Shown one piece after another: positions 26,555 through 39,600 of a stretch of 64,000 nucleotides of DNA (the stretch's first letter is position 1; each line of letters opens with the position of its first letter). The notes beneath the pieces were generated by a model. It saw only the letters and a program-made list of their open reading frames with translations, had not been told where the DNA came from and did not search any database. The DNA comes from Perna viridis (lineage: Eukaryota), in the NCBI GenBank assembly GCA_037379345.1, contig CM074517.1:21948001-22012000 (forward strand), in the 5' to 3' direction. The position numbers and the translations under genes are program-made.

Positions 26555-26680
26555 TTGTTTTTCCGACGCAGTCAACATAGTTTCGCTTTTTAACCTTTGA
26601 CCTTAAAGACGTTCTTCCATGCAAACGCAAGTCACCTGATCACAATTCTGTTTCCCAATTAGCCAAATACTGATAACTTA
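26555..26680 (-). repeat. Dispersed repeat, unclassified (copy 3, partial, inverted)
   Basis: TTTTCCGACGC...ACCTTAAAGACGTTCTTCC...GTCACCTGATC is the reverse complement of the 3' part of 14815-15075. Confidence 0.7.
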
Positions 26681-28145
26681 AAATATAACTAAAATGATAA
26701 AACAAAAGAAAAGATAGAAATTCACAAATTTGCGAACAATGAACCTTTGAACCATTTATTGTGTAAAATCACCTGCCTGATTTTTAGAATTTTTGTACTG
26801 AATGTATATTCACGCTTTTTAACTATGTAGCATTCCATTAACTGAGTAATTATCAACAATAATGACCAATGCTTCCGGGAACACGAACCTTGTACAAACT
26901 GGTCATTTAAAATTGTTTCAAGATGTTTATTCAGCTATCACCAAATACGTACTCCTAATTGCCGTGCTATGATTGTCATGTTTAGTTAGTCTGATGGGTT
27001 GTCCTATTCCATTCCAGAATCGACGTGAAATTAAAGAAACACTTAGTGTATTGAGATGTTTATAAAAACTAGAAGCTAATCATTTTATAAAATTTCGACG
27101 AGCCTGGCATGTTATCACCATACCATCGCTTATGTTTGTGTTCTGTTGATAAAATACAAACAAACAAAAGCGAAAGTGCGAGACAGATGTTAGAAATGAG
27201 AGGCTGGTCCCTTCAAATATTTTTTAACGTATCCTAGTCGATATTAGTTCACTTTTATACTAACATAGAGGTGTTGGAAGATAAAAAAAAACACTCTTGT
27301 ACACCATCTTTAAACAGTTAAACTATGCTTGCTCCTAAGTACTGTATTAATAATTTTATATTAGTTATGTAAGAGGTTTTCATCTACCGATGCGTTCAAT
27401 GTGAAATCTTCCCCAAAAGAAGGAATTTGTGAAATGATACAAGTTTCTCATTGTTGAAAATACTACGTTTGATTTAAAATCCTAAAAATTACATGTATAT
27501 TCTTTTATTAACTTAAATATACGACGTCGGGTTTGCGCATATTTATTCTAGGTATGTCCAATCATGAGAACTCGTGTAGTACTCGTTAATGACAATCCAT
27601 ACTTAGTAATGATGAATTTTGATAACCATTTTAATTTACCTCTGTATGGTTCTAGTTGATTATTGCAAAAACGATACAGGTATCAATTTCATTTCTCCCT
27701 GTCAACATTCTGCTGTTAATTATATATTCATGGTTGCTATCTTATATTACTGTATGCCTGACAGTACAATCATCGTACTTCTGTACTACAGTCGTCGGGA
27801 ATGATTTTCATATTATAAATAACTATTCATTTAGTGGTTTACTTTTTCGATAGTAATATATCTGCGAAAGTAATATCCAGATTTTTTCATCGGGACTGGA
27901 GAAATAGTAGATACAAATAGATCAATAATAGGCTGGAGGAAAAAACGTTTCTCTCATGACATATTTTAATTGTTAACTTGCGGGACATCTCTAACAGAAC
28001 GACCGTTGGTTTGTTTAGTCACTGGCTTAGAATGGGGAAAGTTGATTGAAAAGTCGGACCGAGTTCAGATTGAACACAATAGATGAGTCATAGTCATATT
28101 ACTTCTCTCGTATCATGCCGGATTTGACATCACCGCTCTGCGTTT

Positions 28146-28227
28146 ATGATGAATTCCGGATGCCCACTTATTTACTATTTTTGTTTTATGTGTCTAACGT
28201 CTGATATATACCTTTGTAATGCATATG
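28146..28227 (+). CDS. Candidate first (signal-peptide) exon of the discoidin/mucin-like gene
   Basis: MMNSGCPLIYYFCFMCLTSDIYLCNAY, ending in phase 1 as the exon at 30625 requires. The donor G|GTTCCG is weak. Confidence 0.35.
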
Positions 28228-30624
28228 GTTCCGGGTTATTTGTCGCTTCATTTTCGGTTATTTAGATTTCACCACGTGGATTTCACCTTGCAGTCATCAG
28301 TGTTTTCTACCTTCAACTTTTCATGGACCATTCTTTTTCCTTCCATTTTTAAAGTACTCCTCCGTCTAAGAATCAGGCAAAATGTATATAAGTTGTGGCA
28401 CATGAAGGAAAAAATAGCACAGAGATTTTATCATTAACCAAGTATTTATACCCGTTAAATGTTTGTAAAATTTCCCTTTTTAAGATATTGATAGGTCCAA
28501 TTTAGTTGAAATTCACTTTAGAAAAATGGTGGGAAAATTTTTCCTCACCTTTTTCTTATATAAGCAGTCAAAAAAATATCTACGTCACAGATGCTTCAGG
28601 ATAAATTTAAATAACTTTTCACTTGTTTTTTAGATGTATTGAATATATTTGAGGAAAAAAGACACACTGAGAAATATGATGTGCCACCCATTACCTGATT
28701 CTTACACAGAATGGTACTTAAATAACAGCATTCACTTATCTTCCGATCTTTGGTACATATTGAACCTGTTCACTTGTTTGTACTGGCGATCATAAAAGGC
28801 CACGCATACCAAAGTATATAATTATGTTTTGATTAACTCGTGCGCATGATGATTACTATGGTAACAAAAAAGGGATAATCTGCTACAGGATGTACATCTT
28901 GAAATTCTTTGGAAATGTTCATGTCATCGAAAATTCCCCATTTGTGTTGTTACTTGATCACTACAAAATTTTAAACTAATACATATTTTCAGGCCTAATC
29001 AATGACAAGGAGAAGTTTTAGTAAATTCTGTTTGAAAAAATAACAATCTTGGCATTTTTGTCTATTTAATGTAATACAAAATTTTTCCCTTTCAAAGACA
29101 AATATGAGAAGTAAGCACAAACAGGGAGAAGTTTTTGCCCGTTTCTCCCTCTAGATTAGGCCCTGACATTTTCTCTTATATCGACAAATAATAATGTAAA
29201 GCAATTTTATGAGAAGTAACTAAAACGATTAGTAATATTCAACCAATAAGTAATTATGAAAACAAAATGTAAGGATATGATAAAAATATGAAAGAAGTAT
29301 TGAAATAATTTAAAAATATACAAATTATGGAATTCATAATTGAACTTAGAATTGAAAGCGACGTTCCAAATAGGCTAAGTTACAAATTTAATGGCTAATA
29401 AAAAAAAATGCACCATTGGACCTCGGTTAATTAAAAATACTTTGAGTCATATATAGATAAGCACGTGCCGTCTTTAAACGGGTCGTGTTAAGTTAGCTGG
29501 TGCAATTAGTGGGATAAATGCTATCAGCATTGTTTATAAAAACAAATCCTCCTCTTGTGTCAAATAACTAAGAAAACCTGCATAACATCCATCAATATTT
29601 ACCCAACACGAACTTATTTTTGTATTTCTAATTAAAGGTACAATAACAATTTCCGTCAACATTTTGGAATTTCCGTCAAAATCACTGCAATACTATGGAA
29701 ACCATGAAAATATTGCATGATGATTAGTTGTATGTAAATATTTTTGCGTAGTTAATCACTTACATTTAAGGCATTATGTTCAAAAGCAAAGCAATGTATA
29801 TTTTGTACATTACGTAAAAGGAAGGAGTTATTACGTAATGTAAATCATCTGAGGAAAATATAGCTGTATAACAAAATTCGTCAAGCTCCACACAGCGACA
29901 GTCGTTTGTTTCCTTTCTTACTATATGTACGGCTATTATTAACCCATCCAAATAAATATAAAATGATGCCCTTTATTTGATGTTTCTCAAAGAGTTGAGA
30001 AACGTTTGGACCAGAATCACGAGAGGTCCGAGAGTATAGACCTGAGCGTCAGCGCAACAGCTCAGCCGCCAGATAGTAGGGCATTTTCTGACCGAGTTCT
30101 TCGGTCATGTATCCGTAAGGTTTCGCTTAGCCACCGACAATTGTTGTTTATTTACCAACAGCGGGTACTGACAGACTCTCGACAAGGGGCGGTAGGGCGA
30201 GAACTACAAGGGACGTCCAAACCGTACAACACCCAACCAATCGTTATCATAGAAAATACAAAGAACAGTTGTTGGATAAAGAAGATAAATTCTAAGGCAA
30301 CGACGAACGGAGCCGAAACTGAAATTCGGATGTCAATGAACAAAATCTTAACAGAAACAAAGAACCAAAAAAAAAATAAGTAGCTAAAAGCAACCTTATA
30401 ATAATAAACAACTCATTGAGCAGCCTGCAATAAAAAGCGGAAAGCTTGGACCAGGAATTCTGTTGTTATCTTAAACGAAATTCATTGTTTTAAAATCGTT
30501 TACAATAGTAAAAAAAAATACCTACAAGATATGAATAAGTCGTCAATTTTATACTAAGCAAATGTCTTTTTTTTTCAATTTATGAAGCTCTGTGAATTTA
30601 CAGTTTTTCGATAATCTATTTCAG

Positions 30625-33600
30625 TATCAACTTTCTGCGATTACAGAATCATATCTACAAGCCCAGGTGACGTAGTTTTGACTGCGTCCAGTGAGTTTGG
30701 TGCTCCAATAAAGACGCAGATTCACGGTGCATCAAGAGGTGTCTTGAACTACACCCAGTTTACGTCAGCTGACGGAAAAACATACCATGGGGCATGGACA
30801 GCTGCCGTCAATAATGATAAACAGTATATCCAAGTAAATAGACATAAAGTTTTATCCTTCTCCATACTTACTTACGTGTGTTGGTTTTCTTTTTTTTACC
30901 ATATTAAAGTTGTTGCTTTTTATATAATGCTTTCAACCAATACTTCAGTAAATTGCACTGGTTGATGAAAACACATGCAAATAGAGAACCACCGAATCAG
31001 AAAGCTTGTAACAATTCAAATTGAATTATAATAAAAATAAATACCAGTATGTGTGACATCAACGATTCAACAAGGCAGTATGTATTCTTTACTAAGATAA
31101 AGAATAATTTGGCCATTTCGGGACATTATACATATATATTGCCTAATTGATACTTATAGCCTGACATTAAATTCTCTTTTAACACAGATACAACTGAAAA
31201 AGGATTACAAAATAACTGGGGTTATAACACAAGGACGGAACGGATGCTGCCAGCAGTGGGTAACCAAATACGAGGTTTTCTATGGACAAGATTGTAACAG
31301 CTTCAAACTACTGGACAGTGGCAATGGATCTGTAAGAATTATAAAGGGATATGATGTAAAACACAAATTGAATGTCGGTTGATGAAGAATATGTAGCAAA
31401 ACCTGTCTTAACCAAATCTCTTCAGAGTGAATAATTTGCCTGGTTAAGATAGTTTTTTTTTTTGGTTAATATACTAGATTTAATAATTGATTGATTGATT
31501 GATTGTTGGGGGTTTAACGTCCGAGCAGCAATATTTCAGCTATATTCAGACGAAAATGGATGATAAATGGACATGAAATGGGATGATAAAATGAAAAATG
31601 GGATGGGACACAAGGACAATGGGGTCGACAAATTTTGATTGCCACTGGAAATAGGGAGAGGTGGGTATGGTCGGGCAATTTAGCCTCCTGTGGCGGAGCC
31701 CTATGGTTCATACTCCGGGAGTATACTACAGTAGGGTTCTGTGGTGCGAGGAACGTGGCATCTTTCCCAACACAGTGCACCCCTATGGTTTGCGGTCAGG
31801 TTTTCCGTATTACAGCCTGACAACCCCAGCGTGTAACACACCAGGGGTACCCCATTCCACCACCTGGGGCACACAACCCAGTTGCTCTGTGGGCAGAGCG
31901 CCCTAGCCCCCGGCTAAGGTTCTGAGCACTATTTAGTCCCCTTTTACGACAAGCTTAGCGCTGCTGCAGACCTATTCTTTTGACACCCGGACCTGCACGG
32001 GTCTACTAGATTTAAAATACATTGAAAATGATATGAATTATTTTCCGAAGATGTCTAGTTTAGACAGGATACTGCTTTATTTAGTGTTCGATAAAGACAG
32101 GATTAACTGTATTTTGATTTTAAAATTTCTGTATAACTTACAAAACAGTCGTGTACATGTTTTTTTTTAATAATTTCTGTGTCCACTCAATAATTGTTTC
32201 TTTGGTATTTCAGAATTTTTGACATAATTGTCATTATTTGTTGTTCAGGTTGTGTATACTATAGTTTGGTATCACTTTTTTTCGGAAAAAACGTGAATCT
32301 TAGAAAATCAAAATTACATATGTACACGCAGTTTCCGCGTGATATTCTGTCCACTCACGTTATATCGGTAAATTTCCTTCCATGAAGACGCCGACAAACA
32401 TGGTTAACAGTTACAATTTAAGCTTCAATTTTCCACTCTATGAATAATGGGTGCATTATTAATTTTACGTGGTACTCGTTCAAGTAAGATTAATTGATTA
32501 TTCGTGTTAACCCTTTAACCCTTTAGCATAAGTTCTATAAATTTCAGATTTTTAAAGGCAATACGGACGAAGATACTATGGTTACAAATATGTTCCCGAT
32601 ACCTGTGACTGCGGGATGTGTTCGAATCGTTCCAAAAGAGTGGAATGGTCAGATTTCGATGAGATGTGATATCATTGGCTGTCAAGCCCTAACGACGCCT
32701 TCGACAACGACAATTTCGTCTACCACTGTGATCACTTCAACAACACCTAAGACTACAACGTCATCAAACAGACCTATTATTCAAAAGACATTCTTACCAG
32801 GTAATTTGTAGAAAAGAATTTGTCAAAATAAACAATGAAAAACCTGTCCCTTAAAACGATCAATGGAACTTTATTATACCCTTTACTGCCTCCATATATG
32901 AAAAAGTGTTTTTCATTAAACAAACCAATACTGGTATGTCAGATGTATGTCAGATATCATAGTTTGTTGTTCACATTTATCTTTTCTCTAATTGATGCAT
33001 TTTGACGTACTTTCATATCGATAGTGACCACTTTAATATAAGAATCATTCTCAGTAAATTGCAATCTCCAGGTGCCTGTAGCAGTAACCTCTTGGCTGGC
33101 AACACCAATACAACTTCTACTATCACTGCATCTAGCATCAAAGATAAGGGGAGTGTGCTGGTCAGCTATGACCCAAAGAAGGCTTTTCTATTCTCAAAAG
33201 AAGATACAAACCACTCACAAACCAGATACATGGGTGGATGGAGCCCAAGCACATCAGACAAAAACTCGTTCATACAAGTAAGTAATATCAGTCAACTCAA
33301 CAAGAGTAAAGAGAAATCATAACGTTCCAACATTTGAAGATACATATTGTGGAATGCCTTTCTAGACGAAACAGAGCTTTCTCAGGGAATTGAATATTTG
33401 CTGCTCATTTACATCAAGTTTCGAGTCAAACGCCAATCATTTTTTTCTAATGTAATACCATTTAATTATTGTACATGTTTTTTTTATATATTTACAGTCA
33501 GTGTACGTTATCAACACTCCCAATATTATTTGCTTTATTGAGTTTGGGACGATTTTGTACTTTGTTTTCTGCACGTATCTGGCGTCGTCTTTGTCTCCTG

Positions 33601-36600
33601 CTTTGACTTTCAAATTTAAAATCATAGCGTGATGTTTACGCTTTAAGAACACCGACCTTTCAAAAATGGAAATATTTGCTTAACCGTCATATTTGCTCAT
33701 ATTTATCATTGACACTAGAGCAAAATTTTCTCCACAAAAAGCCGGCTAATGAGACATTGATTTCATGCCCGATCTGAATAAATCGCACATGATCAAGACA
33801 TATGTAGTTTCCAACTCAAGAAGAAAATATTCGTGCACTCGATTTGTTTTCATAACATATTTTAATCACTTTTCATGCAACGTGTTGGCGTTTATATCTA
33901 CCGTAATAAACCACAGTTTTGACCTTAGACTATTTTCACTCATGTGCAGTGCAAATAGGTCATTTTAGTTTTATCGTTTAACCAAAAAGATATTGTACTT
34001 ATTGTACTGATTAATTATTTGTAAACAAAAAATATTCAAATTTACCAATTCACTTATTTTTCCTTACTCTTATAGTAAAAATTGAAGTAGTTTCTGGCTG
34101 ATGTTTGTAGGTCATGACCAAGCATACCAATCAAAAACTGCCGGTTAAGCGAATCATTATGGCATATGATACAAAAATAGTACTTTTTCTCCCTACTTTT
34201 AGATGAATATTTCAAACCATTACTTCAAATCATATATGTAAAATGTGACTATTTAGACATAATGGTCAATAACTTACCAACATTGCAGATAAATTGTTGT
34301 GAGAATCAGTTCTACACCCCACGAGGTTTGCATTATTGTTTTTTCCCATGCATGGAGACATCTCATCATAGATAAAATACAACACACCACCTGCTCCACT
34401 TTTATACGAAGTTAAGGCTGTTATTTTGGGAAACAACTAGTTTCTGACAAAAGAGTGAAGAACTCGATTATATTTTATTCCATTTTCTTTGTCTGTCATG
34501 ATTGCTTCTTTAAATTCTAAAGTAAAAGTGTCAAACTAAACTCTGAATAAACTGATGACCTGTCCAAAAACATTCACTTATAAACCTGTATAAACCAAGA
34601 TGCCTTGATCAATTGAATAAATTCCTTCACACTCAAAGATGTTCAGTTTAGACAAGATTCACTCTAATTGTGTTGACAATATCATTTCAATGGAACAAGT
34701 AAATTGTTATTTTCTAGATCGATGCTCAANNNNNNNNNNNNNNNNNNNNNNNNNNNNNNNNNNNNNNNNNNNNNNNNNNNNNNNNNNNNNNNNNNNNNNN
34801 NNNNNNNNNNNNNNNNNNNNNNNNNNNNNNNNNNNNNNNNNNNNNNNNNNNNNNNNNNNNNNNNNNNNNNNNNNNNNNNNNNNNNNNNNNNNNNNNNNNN
34901 NNNNNNNNNNNNNNNNNNAAAAAAAACGATTTAGCTACGCTTTGCAACCTGAATAATCTGACCCCCAAGCGTGTTTTTTACCCTTATTTCCAGGGTACAT
35001 CTTTCAAATATATAATGCCATTTTATTTTTTTTAGAACTTGAAACAAAACTATTCATTTTCATTTGATTTTGTCTGGAATGTGAGACACTTTTGTTTCTT
35101 ACATCAATTATTTTGAAAGATAGTGACTTTAAGAGATGCAAGATTCTAATAAAACTCCAACCAAGAACAGCTGATGCTCAGATATAGGAAACCTTATCAT
35201 CTCCAAAACGGTTTCTTCATAAAATATATCAAGACGAGACGAGAAAGGAAACCATGTACCAAATAAATTCCACAAATAATTTCTCAAACATGTGTAAATT
35301 CTTTAAGCAGTCTGTTGTCATTTCCTTTTGTATATTCAGTTAACTACGACTATCATAACAGTTTTCTAGAAAATATTAATTTACAAGTTATTTGAGGAAA
35401 GAAAAAAAAGACTCAATCACGTGGTGCACGCTTTAAAACCTTAAAACAGGTTATTTTCAAATGTACATCTAGGGTATTGAGTATTCTTTAATTAATTTAT
35501 TATAGTGTTAAACATGTAACGAGCGGATCATCAATGGACAAAGACGTCACAGTCATAAAATCAAATACAGTTTATGCTATGAGAGAGTATTACTTATGAA
35601 ATTAAAATTACTTTTAATATCTCTTGCAATTACTCGTAAGTATTGAAACTTTGCTGTACCCTTGTCGTCTAAGATTCTGATATATTTTTGTCTTCCCATT
35701 GGTCGTGCGATTGTTTTATCATTTTTTTTAAAGTCACTTTTGAGAACAATTGAATCTTAATTATTATTCAGTCTTGAAGTGGTGTATTTATATTTTCTGA
35801 CAGAGTGAGTTTTGTTTTCTGAAGAAGAAGGTGTATCGTAAACGAGATATTTTCCTGCAGCTTATAGAGGACTTATATTTTTCTCTTCTTTTCTTGATTT
35901 GACTTTTCCTCCCATTTGCTTTGGTAATGACCCTTAAAAACAATCAACCAAACTCACAAACAAGCAAAAACAAAAAAATAAAAACCATTCGACAGCAGCA
36001 TTATCATCACCAAAAAAGTAAAACAATAACGAATCTAGTATAATTGAGAAGGTTATTATAAAAAAATCTTTCAACAACAAAATATTTCAAAATGTCTATG
36101 ATGAAATGCATAAAATCTATATACGAATTCAATTGGTGCAAAATAAAATTAGGGATGAAATCTCTATTTAGGTAGAATTTGCAGACCCCACTGTTGTACG
36201 TGGTATCGTAACTCAAGGCAAAAATGGATGCTGTGATAAGTGGGTCAAAAAATATAAAGTTTTCTACAGCGCTGACTGTAAAACATGGACGGCTTCGGGT
36301 GGTGGTGCAGGTCAGGTAAGTTATACAGCTGTTATAAAGAATTTGTTCTAATAAAAGATGTTACTAAATATATTTCCAACTGATTCAAGATTAAGACAGA
36401 TGTAAAAAGTTAAAACAACAAAAAGCTTATTGAAAAGAAATACAACTTAAGAAAGAAAATACGATATTCATGTCACTGTACATATAGATAATTCAGACCA
36501 TCATCAATCATTTGACACAGTCAAATATTCATTTACCACATTTTTGCGAGCAATGACTAAAATTTAAACCGTTGGTAATTAGAATCTTAAGCATTAAATG

Positions 36601-39600
36601 GCATGTACATACCAATCACTAATTTTTTATATAGTGTAAAATCTAAACAAGTGGATATTCTACCGTAAAAAAGCATATTAGTTGACTGCAGCCCAGCTGA
36701 TTAGAGTGATTTAAGCAGGTAGACCTAGGGTAAGGGACATAACTCATGAAATCAGTGATATGTTTGTATTATATTCAATTTCACCAAAGCCTCTCAAGCT
36801 TTCGTTTGAAGCAGAATAAAATGAATCCAAGTTAATTAGATGCTTATATACGATTTATGTAAAATACTGAATACAAACGTTCCAGTAATTTTTAAGAGTT
36901 GTGTCCCTTACCGTAGGTCTATCTCCTTAAACAATATGGAATCATAAAAGAATAAATGGTTAAAATATCGGCAAAACATATCCAAACGTCAGCAGTGGGA
37001 TGATTTCAAATACGTCAAAATCTAAAAACATGGCCTAAACGTGAGCACATGAAACATAGATGATCTACATACACATTGTCGCGAACCGAATAAATACTGA
37101 ACATAAGGGAAACAAGACGGCACACAATACAAACTAAAAAGCTAGCAATATGAACTCCAGCAAAAAACCGGTAGTGACATCAGGTGCTCTGAATGTGTAT
37201 AAATTTGAACACATTTAGTTTTTGTGTCTTCAGATATTTTCTGCGAATACTGATAAAGATACACCAAAAATCCAGATTCTTTTCTGTCCTCGTGCAGTCA
37301 AATGTATAAGAATTCAGCCAACAGAATGGAACAATGAGATAGGCATGCGATTCGAGTTAATTGGTTGTCCTATCGCAAAAGGCGGAGTCCCGGGTTTGAA
37401 TGTTTCTTATAACAACCAAGTGAATCATGCAACACAGCCGCTTTTGACTTCACCTCCGACAACCCCATCTACTACAGCAAAGCATGTTTCAGGCGCTAGC
37501 ACAGGTATTTAATATCATAATCAGAATCAGTTAATATACATACTTGTTTTGAATACTTGTTGAATACAACTAATATTTTTGATATGAACTTCCTACATAT
37601 TTGATTTTAATGCTGCTGGTAAGAGGTTACTCCTCCACACGTGTACAGCTTATCAAAAGTTACAATATATAAAACTGGTATATTTTGTATTTTAATGGAA
37701 ATGTCAACTGCATTTCTGACAAATGTTTTCTGAGAATTGTTTTTCGAACGACGTTGGTTGTTTTTTTTTTTCAACTTTAATTACCGAAAACGACATGTTT
37801 GTACTAGCTTTTTAAGTTACAATACACTCACGCTAAAATATTTGACTTAATAAAAAAAAAAGTTGTTGCAAAATGGACATTAGAATCACTTTAATGTTGA
37901 ATCATCCTATTCAGTATAAGATATAAAATACATACAGATTTAATAGTTTTCGTTCAGCAAACGTATAAAGGTATTAACAAAACAATTAAAAAATGTATAT
38001 AGTTCGAAATACATCATTTTTCAAAAGATGAGTCACGACTTATGCATTATTATGTCAACTCTACCTGAAAGTGAGAGATTCATGATAATTGTTGCATTAC
38101 TATTTTTATGGGAAGACATTTTTGTTGTCCAGTCCGTCTATTCGTTACACTATTGTATGAGATAGGACATGAATGAAATGTTGTAGTGCATATTACCAGG
38201 AAATTATGATAAACAGAATTTTGTTGGCGTTATACCCCTTTTAACTTCCAAACGTGGGATACATGCGTTTTTGAAGGCAAAATAAAACTTCAATTCATCA
38301 CTGCTGTTGTTTCAAGTGATAACCTATTAATATAAAACTAGCAAAAATAAGAAAAGTTGCATGAAACGGTTTATACAAATATTGTATATCAATCACTATG
38401 ATTCGACACAAATTTTAACTTTTATAACTGATTAATAAAAGATCAAATTTTGAAATTAACAAGATAATGACAGATTATGTTTTCAAAGACATATTCATTT
38501 ATTCTTTATCGAGGACAAAACTGCAATCAGAGTCTTTTTGCGCACCTTCCATACAAAAGCAGTAAAATTGTAATGACTTCAAGCACTGAACTTAAGCAAA
38601 GTGATCCAAGTCATGATTATAGTGCCGATAGAGGGCGCCTTCATGCCACTGACACGCTAGGAGTAAATAAACAACTTCATGGTGGTTGGTCAGCAGCAAC
38701 TCTTGATACGAACCAGTTTTTACAAGTATGTTTATTAGTATCATAAACCTTGCAGAAAAAAAAAACACATCACGGAATATTGACGGGGGTAGGGGTAGAC
38801 GATTTCTTCGGAACAAAATAATAATTTTCACTACTTTAGGGGTTAATTTTTTTCACATACATTGAATCAACTTGATAATTATATGTATAATTCAATTCAG
38901 TGTGATTAGAAAGATAATAGCATATGGTTTTTCTCTCAATTTAAAAAAAAATATTTATTTTCAAAAAATTTTGAGTCAAAATATTTATTTCAAAATTATT
39001 CATACTCCACCACCCTCAAAATCAATTGGTCACCTCATTATGCTCCGTTCTTACATTGTGACATTTGGTTATCGCTTCTATGGCTGTGAAAGTTACCTCC
39101 AAACTTATTTGTTAATTAAATTATAACCCAATTATCCTTGAGCTTTATAAACCGTTTTCTCTTAAAATCGACACAGGATTATAAAAAATGAACATTTAAG
39201 AAGAAATGGCAGGAGCCTAATTACTGATCAAATAATTTCTGAACCACTGCCAAGAGATCAAATAATTCATTACATTTCGACATAGACGTCAACTGCGAGT
39301 CGTTTTATACTTGAGTTTGTAGAAATAAATAAGTGCTCGCTAATATTTAGCAGATTCTTTTGAAATAATTAAGGCTTATGTTCATCAATAGAAACTAAAA
39401 TCAAACCCAATACGTATTTTAAAATATTCAAGATAACAATACTATTATTTAATAAAATTACTTTTTTGACGGCAAACTTATGATAATATAATAAAATCCT
39501 ATCAATATAAAATCAAAATAATTGATGATATTTTCTCTTGCTTATATGCTTAATGGATAACCACATATATTTGCAAATTTGATAAGGAGTTATGAATTTG

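Noticed and set aside
31670-31790. HDV-like ribozyme suggested by TTCCTCGC and GGCTAA on the - strand of the retroposon
   Set aside because: Convincing P2 and P3 pairings could not be built by hand.
34639-34968. ORFs spanning the N run
   Set aside because: Artefacts of the assembly gap.
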